A DNA stretch of 64,000 nt from an uncultured virus (IMG/VR IMGVR_UViG_3300048127_000199). Lineage: Duplodnaviria > Heunggongvirae > Uroviricota > Caudoviricetes. The DNA lies in the IMG/VR virus record IMGVR_UViG_3300048127_000199. One strand, given 5' to 3'. Position numbers and translations under genes: made by a program. Under the pieces are notes generated by a model. The model saw nothing but the letters and a program-made list of their open reading frames with translations, searched no databases and was not told the DNA's origin. Shown here piece by piece: positions 18,695-29,384 of the stretch (position 1 is its first letter; every line of letters begins with the position of its first letter).

Positions 18695-21252
18695 AATTTA
18701 AAGAAAACTTTTCCAACTACGATGACTGTATTGATCCAGGAGTAAAACTTCCCGAGATCAATATCACTTTGAAACAAAAAAAAGAGCTTAAATGTAAACC
18801 TGACTGTTCAAACCTAGACTACCTTAAGGCTTTGTGCTGGAAGGGGGTCAGGGACAAAGGTGTAGACAAACTCAAGAACAAGCAAGACTATTATGACAGA
18901 GCTAAAACAGAGTTAGAAATTCTAGACAAGCTTGGGTTCGTTGATTACATTTTATTAAATTGGGACATTCTTAATTATTGTCACGAAAACGATATCCCAA
19001 CAGGCCCAGGAAGAGGGTCAGCTGCAGGATCTTTGGTTCTTTTTTTAATCAGAGTAACTAATATTGATCCTGTTAAATATGATTTATTTTTTGAGAGGTT
19101 TGTAAGTGAGAGTCGAGCTAAGAAAATTGAAAAAAATGGAGTCACGTATTTAGATGGCAGCTTATTAGCAGATATTGATAATGATATTTCCTACGAAAGA
19201 AGAAAAGACGTTATTTCTTATATAGAAAACAGATTCCCAGGCAGAACCGCTAAGATTTTAACACTAAATACATTAAGCGGAAAACTTTGTATTAAAGAAT
19301 GTGGCAAAATTGTAAAAGAATTGTCCGAACAAGACGTAAATTTAGTTAGCTCTTATATACCTAAAAGATTTGGCGAAGTAGCTCCTTTAAGAGATGCCTA
19401 TAATGAATCTCAAAAATTTAAAGAATGGGTAGATTCTAATGAAAAAATATTCAAAATTGCAAAGAAAATAGAAGGTTTAAATAAAAATACTGGAGTCCAT
19501 CCTTCAGGTATAGCAATTTGCCATCAAGATATTAGTAGAGCTTGTCCCATCCAAAAGACTAATGACGGAGCTCTTGTTACAGGATATGATATGAATTGGG
19601 TCGCAGAGTTAATGGTTAAATTCGATATCTTAGGATTGAGAACACTGACAGTTATTCATGACACTTGTAAGCAGTTAAATATTTCCCCAGAAAGTATTGA
19701 TCTAAATTCAAAAGCAATTTTTAAACCACTCAAGAATCTAGAAAACCCACATGGCTTATTTCAAATCGAAGCCGACACAAACTTTCGGGTGTGTAGAAAA
19801 ATTAAGCCCTCAAGCCTAGAGGAGCTCAGTGCTGTTGTTGCCATTGCTCGTCCAGGAGCTCTAGAGTTCATGGATAATTATTCGGACTATACTCGAACAG
19901 GTGACTTTCAAAGTGTTCATCCATTTTTTGATGAAGTATTGAATTATACAGGCGGTATACCTCTTTACCAAGAACAATTAATGAAAATGGCCGTTAAAGT
20001 CGGATTCACTCTTGATGAAGCAGAGCAGCTAAGGAGAATAGTTGGAAAAAAGAAAGTTAAAGAAATGCCTCAATGGAAGTCTAAAATTTCAGAAAAAATT
20101 CGAGAGAAGAATTTAGATGAAGAAATTGGAGAAGTTTTGTGGAAGGTCGCAGAAGATAGTGCAAATTACTCTTTTAATAAATCTCATTCTATATCCTATG
20201 CAACTCTTGCAGCATGGACAGTTTATTTAAAATTTAAGCACCCAAAACAATTCTTCTTAAGCCTTTTAAAGATGACGGAATACGAACCATCTCCACAAGA
20301 AGAAATAAGTAAAGTTTCCAGAGAATTAAGCTTTTTCAACATACAACTTTTACAACCTGATTTAATAAGATCAAATATGGAATTCTCTATAGAGAAAGAC
20401 AATATAAGATTTGGATTAAATAGTATTAAAGGGGTAAGTAATAAGTCTTTAGCTAATATCAACTCTTTCATCAAAGAAAACGAAAACACTTCTAATAAGT
20501 TTGAGTTATTTTTATGCGCAAAAGAATGCGGAATTAATATTGGAATATTATGTGGTTTAATCCAGGCAGGGGCTTTGCATACAGAAAATAAATCCAGAGC
20601 TCGCACAGTACTTGAAGCACAAGCCTTCAATATTTTAACAGATAGAGAAAAGCGTTTATTTACACAAATCGGCTCTGACTTTGATTACGACATACTAACT
20701 GCAGTATCAACATGTATATCAAAAAACCTCCTCGGAGACAATGGAAAACCAATTATGTCGGAAAAAAGATTTCAAACCTTTAAGACTAAACTATCTCCAT
20801 ATAAAGAGATTTATGAAAAAAACAAGTCTTACGAACAGTTTGCTAATTGGTATTTTGAAACAAAGTTGTTGGGTTACAGCTATTCTACAACTCTACAAAA
20901 AGTATTCAGTACGGACAAAAACAGGTTTTACAACACCTATGAGCATTCAACTTTTCAAAAAGGCGAAAGAGTAAAAATGGTATGTGTAGTAGAAGATGTT
21001 TTATCTGGAGTGAGTCGGAATGGAAATAAATATATCAAATTATCTTTACATGACGAAATCGGCTCAGTCCAAGCAATGATAGGTGATTTTAGAACTCCTA
21101 ATTTAACTAAATATAAAGATTCTGGAGGAGTCACTCCTAAAAAAGATAATATTATTGTTATAGTAGGAGAAAAAAGTGATGACATAATATTTGTAGATCG
21201 AATGTCTATAATGGATGACAAGATTTACATGAAACTTAGTGATTTAAAATAG
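18676..21252 (+). CDS. dnaE: DNA polymerase III alpha catalytic core (PHP-less)
   Basis: GPGRGSAAGSLV, FERF, ADIDND, HPSGI, KFDILGL, LYQEQ, FNKSH, IRFGL..IKG, C-terminal OB fold. Confidence 0.95.
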   Translation: MANRYLKFKENFSNYDDCIDPGVKLPEINITLKQKKELKCKPDCSNLDYLKALCWKGVRDKGVDKLKNKQDYYDRAKTELEILDKLGFVDYILLNWDILNYCHENDIPTGPGRGSAAGSLVLFLIRVTNIDPVKYDLFFERFVSESRAKKIEKNGVTYLDGSLLADIDNDISYERRKDVISYIENRFPGRTAKILTLNTLSGKLCIKECGKIVKELSEQDVNLVSSYIPKRFGEVAPLRDAYNESQKFKEWVDSNEKIFKIAKKIEGLNKNTGVHPSGIAICHQDISRACPIQKTNDGALVTGYDMNWVAELMVKFDILGLRTLTVIHDTCKQLNISPESIDLNSKAIFKPLKNLENPHGLFQIEADTNFRVCRKIKPSSLEELSAVVAIARPGALEFMDNYSDYTRTGDFQSVHPFFDEVLNYTGGIPLYQEQLMKMAVKVGFTLDEAEQLRRIVGKKKVKEMPQWKSKISEKIREKNLDEEIGEVLWKVAEDSANYSFNKSHSISYATLAAWTVYLKFKHPKQFFLSLLKMTEYEPSPQEEISKVSRELSFFNIQLLQPDLIRSNMEFSIEKDNIRFGLNSIKGVSNKSLANINSFIKENENTSNKFELFLCAKECGINIGILCGLIQAGALHTENKSRARTVLEAQAFNILTDREKRLFTQIGSDFDYDILTAVSTCISKNLLGDNGKPIMSEKRFQTFKTKLSPYKEIYEKNKSYEQFANWYFETKLLGYSYSTTLQKVFSTDKNRFYNTYEHSTFQKGERVKMVCVVEDVLSGVSRNGNKYIKLSLHDEIGSVQAMIGDFRTPNLTKYKDSGGVTPKKDNIIVIVGEKSDDIIFVDRMSIMDDKIYMKLSDLK

Positions 21253-21275
21253 AGTGTAATATATAATAATATATC

Positions 21276-23723
21276 ATGAACGCAGAACCCCAAGCTAATT
21301 TTACGCCAAGATGCCAAGCCATCATAAATGAATCTAAAAAATTATGCTCTAAACTAAGGCATGATTCAGTAGAGCCAATTCATTTATTTTCTTGTATTCT
21401 TAGTAATCAATTTAGCGTAATACCTGATTTATTGGCCACTTACTCTATTAGCATTGACGAAGCTATTACTTGCGTTTCGGCAAATCTTCAAAAAGTAAAA
21501 CCAATAGATAGGAATAGCACTTTCAATATACATTTCTCCAAAGACTGTAAAGAGGTTATATTTTCAGCTATTGAAATTTCAGAGCAGCTGTTGCATCCTT
21601 ATGTTGGGGTAGAGCACTTATTAATATCAATACTAGAGCAAAAAGACCCCCTAACTTCTGCAGTTTTAGAATCTCTTGAAATTAACTATAAAGAGTTTCA
21701 CGTTCTTTTGCATAATCAGTTATTTTTAGCCTCAGGAGTTGATAATATCGGATGGAGCCCTAGCCAATCATCAGTTAACCAAGAAAGCTCTGCAAGCGCC
21801 AAGCATAAATCCCAATCATCCTATCCCGCAATTGAGAAATATTGTAAAAATTTAAATAAAGTTGCAGAGCAAGATGGGTTCGCTAAGTTAGTTAGTAAAG
21901 ATGCAGAACTTAAAGTTCTATGCGAAATACTTTGTAGAAAAAATAAAAATAATCCTATACTGCTAGGAGAGCCAGGGGTTGGTAAAACTGCCATTATTGA
22001 AGGTTTAGCCTCCTCAATAGTAAATCAAACTTGCCCAAATATTCTATTAAATAAAAGTATATTTTCCCTAGATCTAGGGCTGTTAGTCGCTGGCACAAAG
22101 TACAGAGGTCAATTTGAAGAACGTCTCAAAAAATTATTAAATGAGTTTAAGAATTTCAAAAACTCTATTTTATTTATAGATGAAATACACACTATTATCG
22201 GGGCAGGTGGTGCAGAAGGATCAATGGATGCCTGTAACATACTAAAGCCAGCCTTAGCTAGGGGCGAAGTCTCTTGCATCGGCGCCACCACTTTGTCTGA
22301 ATACAAAAAAACTATCAGGAAAGATGGAGCTCTGTCTAGACGATTTCATCCTATTAAAGTAAATGAGCCTTCCACAGAAGAGACTCTCAAAATCCTCAAA
22401 GGCATTAGCCCGTTTTACGAAAAATACCACAAAGTTAAGTACCGAGATGAAGCTTTAACTTATTGCGTTAACCTAGCCGAAAAATATGTAAATGAAGGAA
22501 ATTTTCCAGACAAGGCTATAGATATTCTAGATCATGCAGGATCAAAATGTAAAATTAAAAACTTCAATATACCTGACGCTATAAAAGACTTAGAAAAAAC
22601 TATATCAGAGAGAATAGATTCCACCTCCTATCTCCATAATGGATCTATGACAGGAGACCTTGAAGAACTTTTCGAAAAGTATGAGTCAATGCTGAAAGAG
22701 TGGGACAAAGATTATGAAAAAAATTTACCTATAATTTCTAAAAAAGAAATACTTGATATAGTTTCTGAAAAGTGCAATGTATCAATAAAAGATATGGATG
22801 AATCTACCGTAGAAAAAGCTAAATCATTAAATAGGTTTTTATCTAGGAAATTAATTAACCAGAAAGATGCAATAAAATCTTTGTCCAATTGCTTAAAGCG
22901 TAATTTATGTGGATTAAAAGAGCCCAATAAACCTTTGGGATCATTTTTATTTTTAGGGTCTACAGGAGTGGGTAAAACTTATCTTTCAAAACTTCTTTCA
23001 TCTCACTTATTTCAATCAAAAGATTCTTTTATTTCGATAGATATGTCAGAATACTCTGAAAAAAATTCAATATCTAAATTTATAGGATCAGCTCCTGGTT
23101 ATGTAGGCTATGAAGAAGGAGGAGGGTTAGTTGAAAAATTGAGAGCAAACCCTCATGCAGTTGTTCTTTTTGACGAGATAGAAAAAGCTCATCCCGATGT
23201 CTTGAATATCCTATTACAAATTCTAGAAGAGGGATCTTTAACTGATAATACTGGATATTCTGCAGATTTCTCGAAGTCTATTGTTATTGCGACCAGCAAT
23301 ATCGGCTCTGAAAAAATAATAGAAAATAAATCATTAGGTTTTATGTCTTCCCCAGAAAGTGCAGAGTCTTTGGCTATTAAAGATTTAGAAAAATCAATGA
23401 GGCCAGAACTAATCAATAGGTTCGATGAAATTATAGTATTCAATCAATTGAAGGACGATGACTTTAAATCAATTATAAATATAGAAATATCTAAAATTAA
23501 ATCAATGCTTAAGCATTCTAAAATACAAATCAATGTAGACGAAAAAGCTTTAGAGTATTTATATAATTTAAATTTTGATAAAAAATATGGAGCAAGATTT
23601 ATATCAAGAACATTAAAAAACGAGCTACAAAACCCTCTATCTGACTTTATACTTAAAAATTACCAACAAAAGAAAATCAATATTACCACTACGAAAAATG
23701 GAAGAGGAATTAAACTATATTAA
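21276..23723 (+). CDS. clpC: ATP-dependent Clp protease ATP-binding subunit, ClpA/ClpC type
   Basis: Two Clp-N repeats, GEPGVGKT, FIDEIH, GSTGVGKT, GSAPGYVGY, FDEIEKAH, ClpP-docking loop SLGF. Confidence 0.92.
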   Translation: MNAEPQANFTPRCQAIINESKKLCSKLRHDSVEPIHLFSCILSNQFSVIPDLLATYSISIDEAITCVSANLQKVKPIDRNSTFNIHFSKDCKEVIFSAIEISEQLLHPYVGVEHLLISILEQKDPLTSAVLESLEINYKEFHVLLHNQLFLASGVDNIGWSPSQSSVNQESSASAKHKSQSSYPAIEKYCKNLNKVAEQDGFAKLVSKDAELKVLCEILCRKNKNNPILLGEPGVGKTAIIEGLASSIVNQTCPNILLNKSIFSLDLGLLVAGTKYRGQFEERLKKLLNEFKNFKNSILFIDEIHTIIGAGGAEGSMDACNILKPALARGEVSCIGATTLSEYKKTIRKDGALSRRFHPIKVNEPSTEETLKILKGISPFYEKYHKVKYRDEALTYCVNLAEKYVNEGNFPDKAIDILDHAGSKCKIKNFNIPDAIKDLEKTISERIDSTSYLHNGSMTGDLEELFEKYESMLKEWDKDYEKNLPIISKKEILDIVSEKCNVSIKDMDESTVEKAKSLNRFLSRKLINQKDAIKSLSNCLKRNLCGLKEPNKPLGSFLFLGSTGVGKTYLSKLLSSHLFQSKDSFISIDMSEYSEKNSISKFIGSAPGYVGYEEGGGLVEKLRANPHAVVLFDEIEKAHPDVLNILLQILEEGSLTDNTGYSADFSKSIVIATSNIGSEKIIENKSLGFMSSPESAESLAIKDLEKSMRPELINRFDEIIVFNQLKDDDFKSIINIEISKIKSMLKHSKIQINVDEKALEYLYNLNFDKKYGARFISRTLKNELQNPLSDFILKNYQQKKINITTTKNGRGIKLY

Positions 23724-24855
23724 AACATTTCAAGAGGAGTATGAACCAGACTCCCATAATTTTGTAAATGAATATTTCGAAATATTTAAGTCAAACTTTG
23801 AAAATAACGAGCTACCTAAAGAAATTAGATTTTTAGACGAACAAGGTTTTAGAATTTCTGCGCCTACCACCAATAAAACTTATCTTACAGTTTTCTTTTC
23901 GAAACCCGAAAAACCTTCATATCTGGGTAAATTTTCCCTAGTATCAGATGGGGCAGATATTAAAAAAGAATCAGTTATATTAAAAGGTCTTAAAGATTTA
24001 GATGTTTCTCCTGAACTTTTATACTATGGAGAACTACAAGATGGCTCTGACGTAAATTTTTTGTTTACTACCGTAGAAGGTGTTAATAACAATTTAAATG
24101 GAACAAATCCTGATTTTTGGTGGGCAAATCATAAAGAAATTTTACTAGAGAGATTACTATTACTGCACAAACTAAAAAATAACATATCCGTTTCGCGGTA
24201 TGAAGATATTTTTATTTCCGATTTTTTCGAAAACGTTTTGTTTGAAGAAGAAAATTTATTTGATTTTGTTTTTCAGTCAGACTCGGATCCCGCTTTTTAT
24301 GATTTCATTTTAAAATGTAAAGATAGCTGCTTGGATATATGTTCGAAATTAGATAAGAAGGAATTTGTTCTGTGCCATAATAATTTATGCAAGTCTTCTG
24401 TTTTGTTTGAGCCAAACTCAAAAGAGAAATTTAAATTTATAAATTTTCATAAATCAATAATAGCTCCTCCTGCTATTGATTTACTGTCAATATATCACAG
24501 GCTATCTCTAGAAGAAGATGACTACCATAGTAGCTTCTCAAGAGATAGCTTCTCTGAAATTAAAAAAGTTTATGAAAAAATTGCTGGAGTTGAAATTGAC
24601 TTTTCTGTTGATATTAGGTTCTTAAATACAGTTCAAAGAATTTTATTACTCATTTATGAAAATAATTTTCCGCCAGTCGCCTTATTTCAATCAAATGCAT
24701 TGTTAAAATTCCGATCTAGAAGCTCTGAATTAAAATACCTCAAGGACAGGTTTTTAAATATTATTAAATCTCCAGAATTTTCTCATAAAAAACAATTTGA
24801 ATATATTCAAAACGCGGACGATATCCCTCTGCAAGAATTACTTTTATACGGTTAA
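23698..24855 (+). CDS. APH/choline-kinase-fold protein with degenerate catalytic motifs
   Basis: K..E..IL..L....P.L, LCHNNL..SSV, FINFH, P..DL. Confidence 0.55.
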   Translation: MEEELNYIKTFQEEYEPDSHNFVNEYFEIFKSNFENNELPKEIRFLDEQGFRISAPTTNKTYLTVFFSKPEKPSYLGKFSLVSDGADIKKESVILKGLKDLDVSPELLYYGELQDGSDVNFLFTTVEGVNNNLNGTNPDFWWANHKEILLERLLLLHKLKNNISVSRYEDIFISDFFENVLFEEENLFDFVFQSDSDPAFYDFILKCKDSCLDICSKLDKKEFVLCHNNLCKSSVLFEPNSKEKFKFINFHKSIIAPPAIDLLSIYHRLSLEEDDYHSSFSRDSFSEIKKVYEKIAGVEIDFSVDIRFLNTVQRILLLIYENNFPPVALFQSNALLKFRSRSSELKYLKDRFLNIIKSPEFSHKKQFEYIQNADDIPLQELLLYG

Positions 24856-24895
24856 TTATGTATTGAATTTTTTATATTTCTATATATAATAATTC

Positions 24896-25465
24896 ATGAG
24901 CATAGCCCTTTATAAACCAAACAGTAAAAACACTGGAACTGCAGTTAATTTAAGAATTGGCTCAGGCAAATATAATGTACCTGCCCTTTACATAGGCGCA
25001 ATTCAACAGCATAGCTGGGACGACTCTAGAAAGCTAGGCTCTTTTAGCGAGAATGCAAAAAACCCCGACAAAACAATCAATATTAAGTTAAACGAATTTG
25101 AGTGTGGCGAAATCTTAAACTCAATAAAGGATCGGGTGGAGTATTCAACTTTTCATAAATTTGATGATAACCAAACAGTGATTAAATTCACACCATGGGA
25201 CAAGCAAAGAAAAATTTCTAAATACAATCCTAAAAGCAAAACTTTCGATGAAACAAGCGTTACAGTAAGCGCCTTCGGTTTAACAATTACAAGAAATGGG
25301 AATCAAAGTTTTAAAATTTCAATTGAGCCAGGAGAAGTTAGGGTAATTGAAGAGTTTTTAAAAAATTATTTGATTGATTTCTTTAAATCAAAAGCAGAAA
25401 ATTTAGACAAAAATAAATCATCCGCTACTCCAACTGAAAATTTATCTGAAGATCCTCCTTTTTAA
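24896..25465 (+). CDS. Putative ssDNA-binding protein
   Basis: Beta-rich with acidic C-terminal tail SEDPPF resembling the SSB C-terminus; TATAAT 5 nt upstream. Confidence 0.4.
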   Translation: MSIALYKPNSKNTGTAVNLRIGSGKYNVPALYIGAIQQHSWDDSRKLGSFSENAKNPDKTINIKLNEFECGEILNSIKDRVEYSTFHKFDDNQTVIKFTPWDKQRKISKYNPKSKTFDETSVTVSAFGLTITRNGNQSFKISIEPGEVRVIEEFLKNYLIDFFKSKAENLDKNKSSATPTENLSEDPPF

Positions 25466-27375
25466 TGAAGAAAGTTCTAATTCACAGCAATCACTCAAAA
25501 GCCTTTACAGGTTTCGGCAAACATACTAAAAATTTATTAATCTTTTTGCAAAAGACAGGTAAGTATGAATTAATAGAGTTTGCTAACGGTAGAAAGTGGT
25601 CAGACCCTACTTTATCTAAAATGCCATGGAAAACATATGGCTCTGCGCCTGATAGCGATATAGCTACTCAAAAAGCCTCAAGAGACCCCAAGTTAAAACG
25701 TCAGCTAGGTTACGGGGGCATCATGATAGACGAAGTTATAGAAAAAGAAAAACCTGATGTTTACATAGGGATAGAAGATATATGGGCCTTTAGTGGCTAC
25801 TGGGAAAAGCCTTGGTGGGATAAAATTAATCATGCAGTTTGGACAACCCTTGACAGTTTACCTATTCTACCTGAAGCAGTTAGCGCTGCTCCTAGAATTA
25901 AAAACTATTTTGTTTGGGCTTCTTTTGCGGAAAAGGCTATGAAAGAGCTTGGGCACGGTCACGTCAAAATGATAAGAGGTTCTTTAGAAACAAATCAATT
26001 TTTTAAATTAAATAAAAATGATAAGCTAAAACTAAGGTCTGCATTCGGGATAGACGAAAAAGAATTCATTATAGGCTTTGTATTTAGAAACCAACTCCGC
26101 AAAAGCGTTCCCAATCTATTAGATGGTTTTAAAATATTCAGAGATAAAAATCCTGAATCCAAAGCTAAGCTTTTACTGCACACAAACTGGTCAGAAGGCT
26201 GGGACATTCCTAGGCTTTTAAAAGAGAAGGAAATAGACCCATCATTAGTTTTAACCACTTACTATTGCTCTAAATGTAAAAATTATGAAGTCAAAACATT
26301 TGTAGGTCAACAACAAAATTGTAAGTTTTGTGGTTCAGAAAAAACACAAAATACTACTAGCGTTAATGCTGGTGTGTCAGAAGATCAATTAAATCAAGTT
26401 TATAATTTAATGGATGTCTATTGTCACCCTTTTACATCTGGCGGGCAAGAGATTCCGATTCAAGAAGCTAAATTAACTGAATTAATTACTTTAGTAACTA
26501 ACTATAGTTGCGGGGAAGACTGTTGTACTGAAGAAAGTGGAGGTTTGCCACTCAACTGGAAAGAATATCGAGAGCCTGGCACACAATTTATCAAAGCTAC
26601 CACAGATCCTTTCAGTATTTATAAACAATTAAATAAAGTTTATAAAATGAATGAAAAAGACTTAGAGCAAAAAGGTAAAATTGCCCGTGAGTTTGTCTTA
26701 AAAAACTTTTCAATAGAAGTCATAGGAAGGCAAGTAGAAGAGTTTATTGATTCTTGTCCTGAAATTGAATATAATTTTGACATCAAGCCTCATAACAAAA
26801 AAAGAAACAACAATTATCCATTACAAAAAATAGAAGATAATCTAGAATGGCTTATAGATCTCTATAAAAATATTTTAATAAGAGATGTTGATGAAAACGA
26901 TGACGGTATCAAGCATTGGATGGCAAAGATACAGCAGGGAGGCTCAAGAGAAAGTATTCACAACTACTTCATTTCGGTAGCAAATAAAGAAAACCAAGAA
27001 ATTGTGGATTCTCTTGATAGGATCCTACGAGAAGATACTTCTAAAAAAATTGCTATAGTCGTAAATGAAAACGCTACAGAAACATTTCTCTGCACATCCT
27101 TACTACCTTCAATAAAGAGACTGTACGCAGATCATAATATATATTTCTTTGCCCCTGAAAATAGCCTAGATATACTTAAGGGTAATCCTCATATATATAA
27201 AAGCCTACCCGTCTCGGAAGATCTTTTTGATTGTATTTCTCTGGAAAAGAAAAGGGAAGGCGAGAATTTCTTTGATGTAGTCTATTATCCATCAGATGCT
27301 TCTTCAGGAGCATTTCGCTATTGTCATCAAGGAAGAGATAAAATAGAATATAAAACAGAATATGCACATACTTGA
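25465..27375 (+). CDS. GT-B (GT4-like) glycosyltransferase with Zn-ribbon insertion and extra C-terminal domain
   Basis: TGFG, RNQLRK, YNLMDV..P..GGQEIPIQEA; CSKC...CKFC insertion. Confidence 0.8.
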   Translation: MKKVLIHSNHSKAFTGFGKHTKNLLIFLQKTGKYELIEFANGRKWSDPTLSKMPWKTYGSAPDSDIATQKASRDPKLKRQLGYGGIMIDEVIEKEKPDVYIGIEDIWAFSGYWEKPWWDKINHAVWTTLDSLPILPEAVSAAPRIKNYFVWASFAEKAMKELGHGHVKMIRGSLETNQFFKLNKNDKLKLRSAFGIDEKEFIIGFVFRNQLRKSVPNLLDGFKIFRDKNPESKAKLLLHTNWSEGWDIPRLLKEKEIDPSLVLTTYYCSKCKNYEVKTFVGQQQNCKFCGSEKTQNTTSVNAGVSEDQLNQVYNLMDVYCHPFTSGGQEIPIQEAKLTELITLVTNYSCGEDCCTEESGGLPLNWKEYREPGTQFIKATTDPFSIYKQLNKVYKMNEKDLEQKGKIAREFVLKNFSIEVIGRQVEEFIDSCPEIEYNFDIKPHNKKRNNNYPLQKIEDNLEWLIDLYKNILIRDVDENDDGIKHWMAKIQQGGSRESIHNYFISVANKENQEIVDSLDRILREDTSKKIAIVVNENATETFLCTSLLPSIKRLYADHNIYFFAPENSLDILKGNPHIYKSLPVSEDLFDCISLEKKREGENFFDVVYYPSDASSGAFRYCHQGRDKIEYKTEYAHT

Positions 27376-28525
27376 ACACTTTTCTCTTAATTGCGGAATT
27401 AAATCTGCAGAGGCATTCATCCAGGAAGACTTTATCCCAGTAGCTTGTGATAAGTTTATATGTATTAATAATGACCATTCTATCAGTTCATTTAATTATT
27501 CTTATTGGTCTGACGTATTTGATATAATCAAACCTTATCTTGACAAATCTAATATTAAAATCATCCAAATAGGTTCACCCAAAGACCAGCTACTACCAAG
27601 CTGTGAAGATTTCCGACATATACAGACTAGACATCAAGGAGCTTATATAATTAATAGATCTGAATTATTCATAGGTTCTGACATTTTTTATTCAAACATT
27701 GCATCGCATTTTAACACTCCAGGAGTGCTTTTATTCGGGCCGATCCCTCCCTCCTGCACCGCGCCCTTCTGGAACAAGGATAAATTTGATATTTTGTGTG
27801 AAACAGAAAAATTTTCTTATTCCTCTAAAGAGTTAGAGAAATCAATTGATCAAATTAAGCCTGAAGATATAGCAAACGCTATACTTAAAAGGTTGAAAAT
27901 TCCATTTGAAAGCGATCAAAATACACAATTTATAGGTCAACTTTATGACAACAAAATTTTTGAAGTAATACCTAATTTTTCGCCGAACCCTGATTTTCTG
28001 AAAAATTCATTTATTACAATTAGAGCGGACTATGAAGAATCAGATGATCACATTCCTTCTTGGGCCTCAGGTCGTAAGGTCAATTTGATTACAGATAGAA
28101 AGATAGATTTAAATTTAATTAATGCCATTAAAAGTTCTTTGCAGGTTATCCATTTTCAAATACCAGATGATTGTAGTGAAGAAGTTATCTCAGAAAATCA
28201 ACAGTATTTTAAAACTATTAAAAAATTCGGCATAAACATTAGTTTATTCAGAAAAACAACTGAGTTTATAGAAAAACTTAGATTGCACTATTTTGACTGG
28301 AATGTTGAAGTTTTATCTCAAAAGAAACCTGGCGATGATGTTTTAAACAATAAAGATCTGTTTTTTTATTCTGGCAAACTGATCTTCTCAAATGGGAAAA
28401 AATACCCTTCCATTGAGCATGCCGTAAACGACGTAGAAAGTTCTACTGGAGTAAATAAAATCATAGATAGCGATTTATTTTGGTCAGAATCAGATCATTA
28501 TAGAATTATTTCAAAAAGTAATTGA
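27362..28525 (+). CDS. GT9/heptosyltransferase-like glycosyltransferase
   Basis: Y.YW..V, IIQIG, LFIGSD....IA....P.V.LFG, I..I.PE.I. Confidence 0.7.
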   Translation: MHILEHFSLNCGIKSAEAFIQEDFIPVACDKFICINNDHSISSFNYSYWSDVFDIIKPYLDKSNIKIIQIGSPKDQLLPSCEDFRHIQTRHQGAYIINRSELFIGSDIFYSNIASHFNTPGVLLFGPIPPSCTAPFWNKDKFDILCETEKFSYSSKELEKSIDQIKPEDIANAILKRLKIPFESDQNTQFIGQLYDNKIFEVIPNFSPNPDFLKNSFITIRADYEESDDHIPSWASGRKVNLITDRKIDLNLINAIKSSLQVIHFQIPDDCSEEVISENQQYFKTIKKFGINISLFRKTTEFIEKLRLHYFDWNVEVLSQKKPGDDVLNNKDLFFYSGKLIFSNGKKYPSIEHAVNDVESSTGVNKIIDSDLFWSESDHYRIISKSN

Positions 28526-28550
28526 CTTAGTTTATAATATATGTTATTAT
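28522..28550 (+). promoter_or_regulatory. sigma70-type promoter with extended -10
   Basis: TTGACT-17-TATTAT with TG at 28542; ATG at 28560. Confidence 0.7.
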
Positions 28551-28559
28551 ATATAAACA

Positions 28560-29348
28560 ATGAAAAAAACAACTAAGCAAACAAAAATAGATAATAGCTC
28601 TGGTCCAAATCTTTATACTAGAGACGAAAACGGATTACTACAAAACCATCAATATGAATTTAATGACGATGGCTCAATCAATTGGAGAGCCATGATTAAA
28701 GATGAGCATTTATTTCCAAATAGATCTTGGTTTCAAACTAGAGGAAAAGATTATCCTAAAACTATAGAAGGTCTCGCGGATCACCAACTTTTAATAAAAT
28801 TAAGTGGCATAAAAGAACTAGCTAAACTCAGAGGATTTTCTTCGGTTAACTATAAAACTGTAAAATGCGAAGAAGACCATGTAGCTGTATCTTGTTCGAT
28901 TACTTTTTTAGCCAACTATGAAACCAACAATGAGCCTATTGTGTTTGAAGATATGGCCAATGCAACACTGAACAATACTAGCAGCTTCGCAACTAAATTT
29001 CTAGAAACAATCGCTTGTAATAGATCATTTGTGCGCTGCGTTAGAAACTTTTTAAATGTCCATATTGTCGGAGATGACGAAATCGATAAATCAAACAATA
29101 CTCAGCAGAATCTTACCCAGAGAGAAACTGAAGCGCAGTCAAATTCAGACATCTCTCCTGCTGGAATACTCGCTAGCCTAGCAAAAGATAAATTTGGCAT
29201 CAATAACTATACCGACTTCAAAAGCAAACTTCGGGAATTGTGGCAAAATGATTTGTATAAAAATGCTGACACTAAAAATTGGTCAGACTTTTCAGACATT
29301 CCTCCTAAAGAAGCGAGAGCTCTACTCAAAGCGCTACACTCATCTTAA
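28560..29348 (+). CDS. Putative single-strand annealing protein (Rad52/RecT-like)
   Basis: GIKELA..RG, MANA, LETIA.NRSFVRCVR..L..DEI pattern. Confidence 0.45.
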   Translation: MKKTTKQTKIDNSSGPNLYTRDENGLLQNHQYEFNDDGSINWRAMIKDEHLFPNRSWFQTRGKDYPKTIEGLADHQLLIKLSGIKELAKLRGFSSVNYKTVKCEEDHVAVSCSITFLANYETNNEPIVFEDMANATLNNTSSFATKFLETIACNRSFVRCVRNFLNVHIVGDDEIDKSNNTQQNLTQRETEAQSNSDISPAGILASLAKDKFGINNYTDFKSKLRELWQNDLYKNADTKNWSDFSDIPPKEARALLKALHSS

Positions 29349-29384
29349 TTAGGTGTAACCTTCGAAGTTCTTTGAAAAATTTAT

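Noticed and set aside
18676..21252. Intein or intron in dnaE, dnaB or nrdB
   Set aside because: Lengths and motif spacing are normal; no intein termini or homing endonuclease motifs
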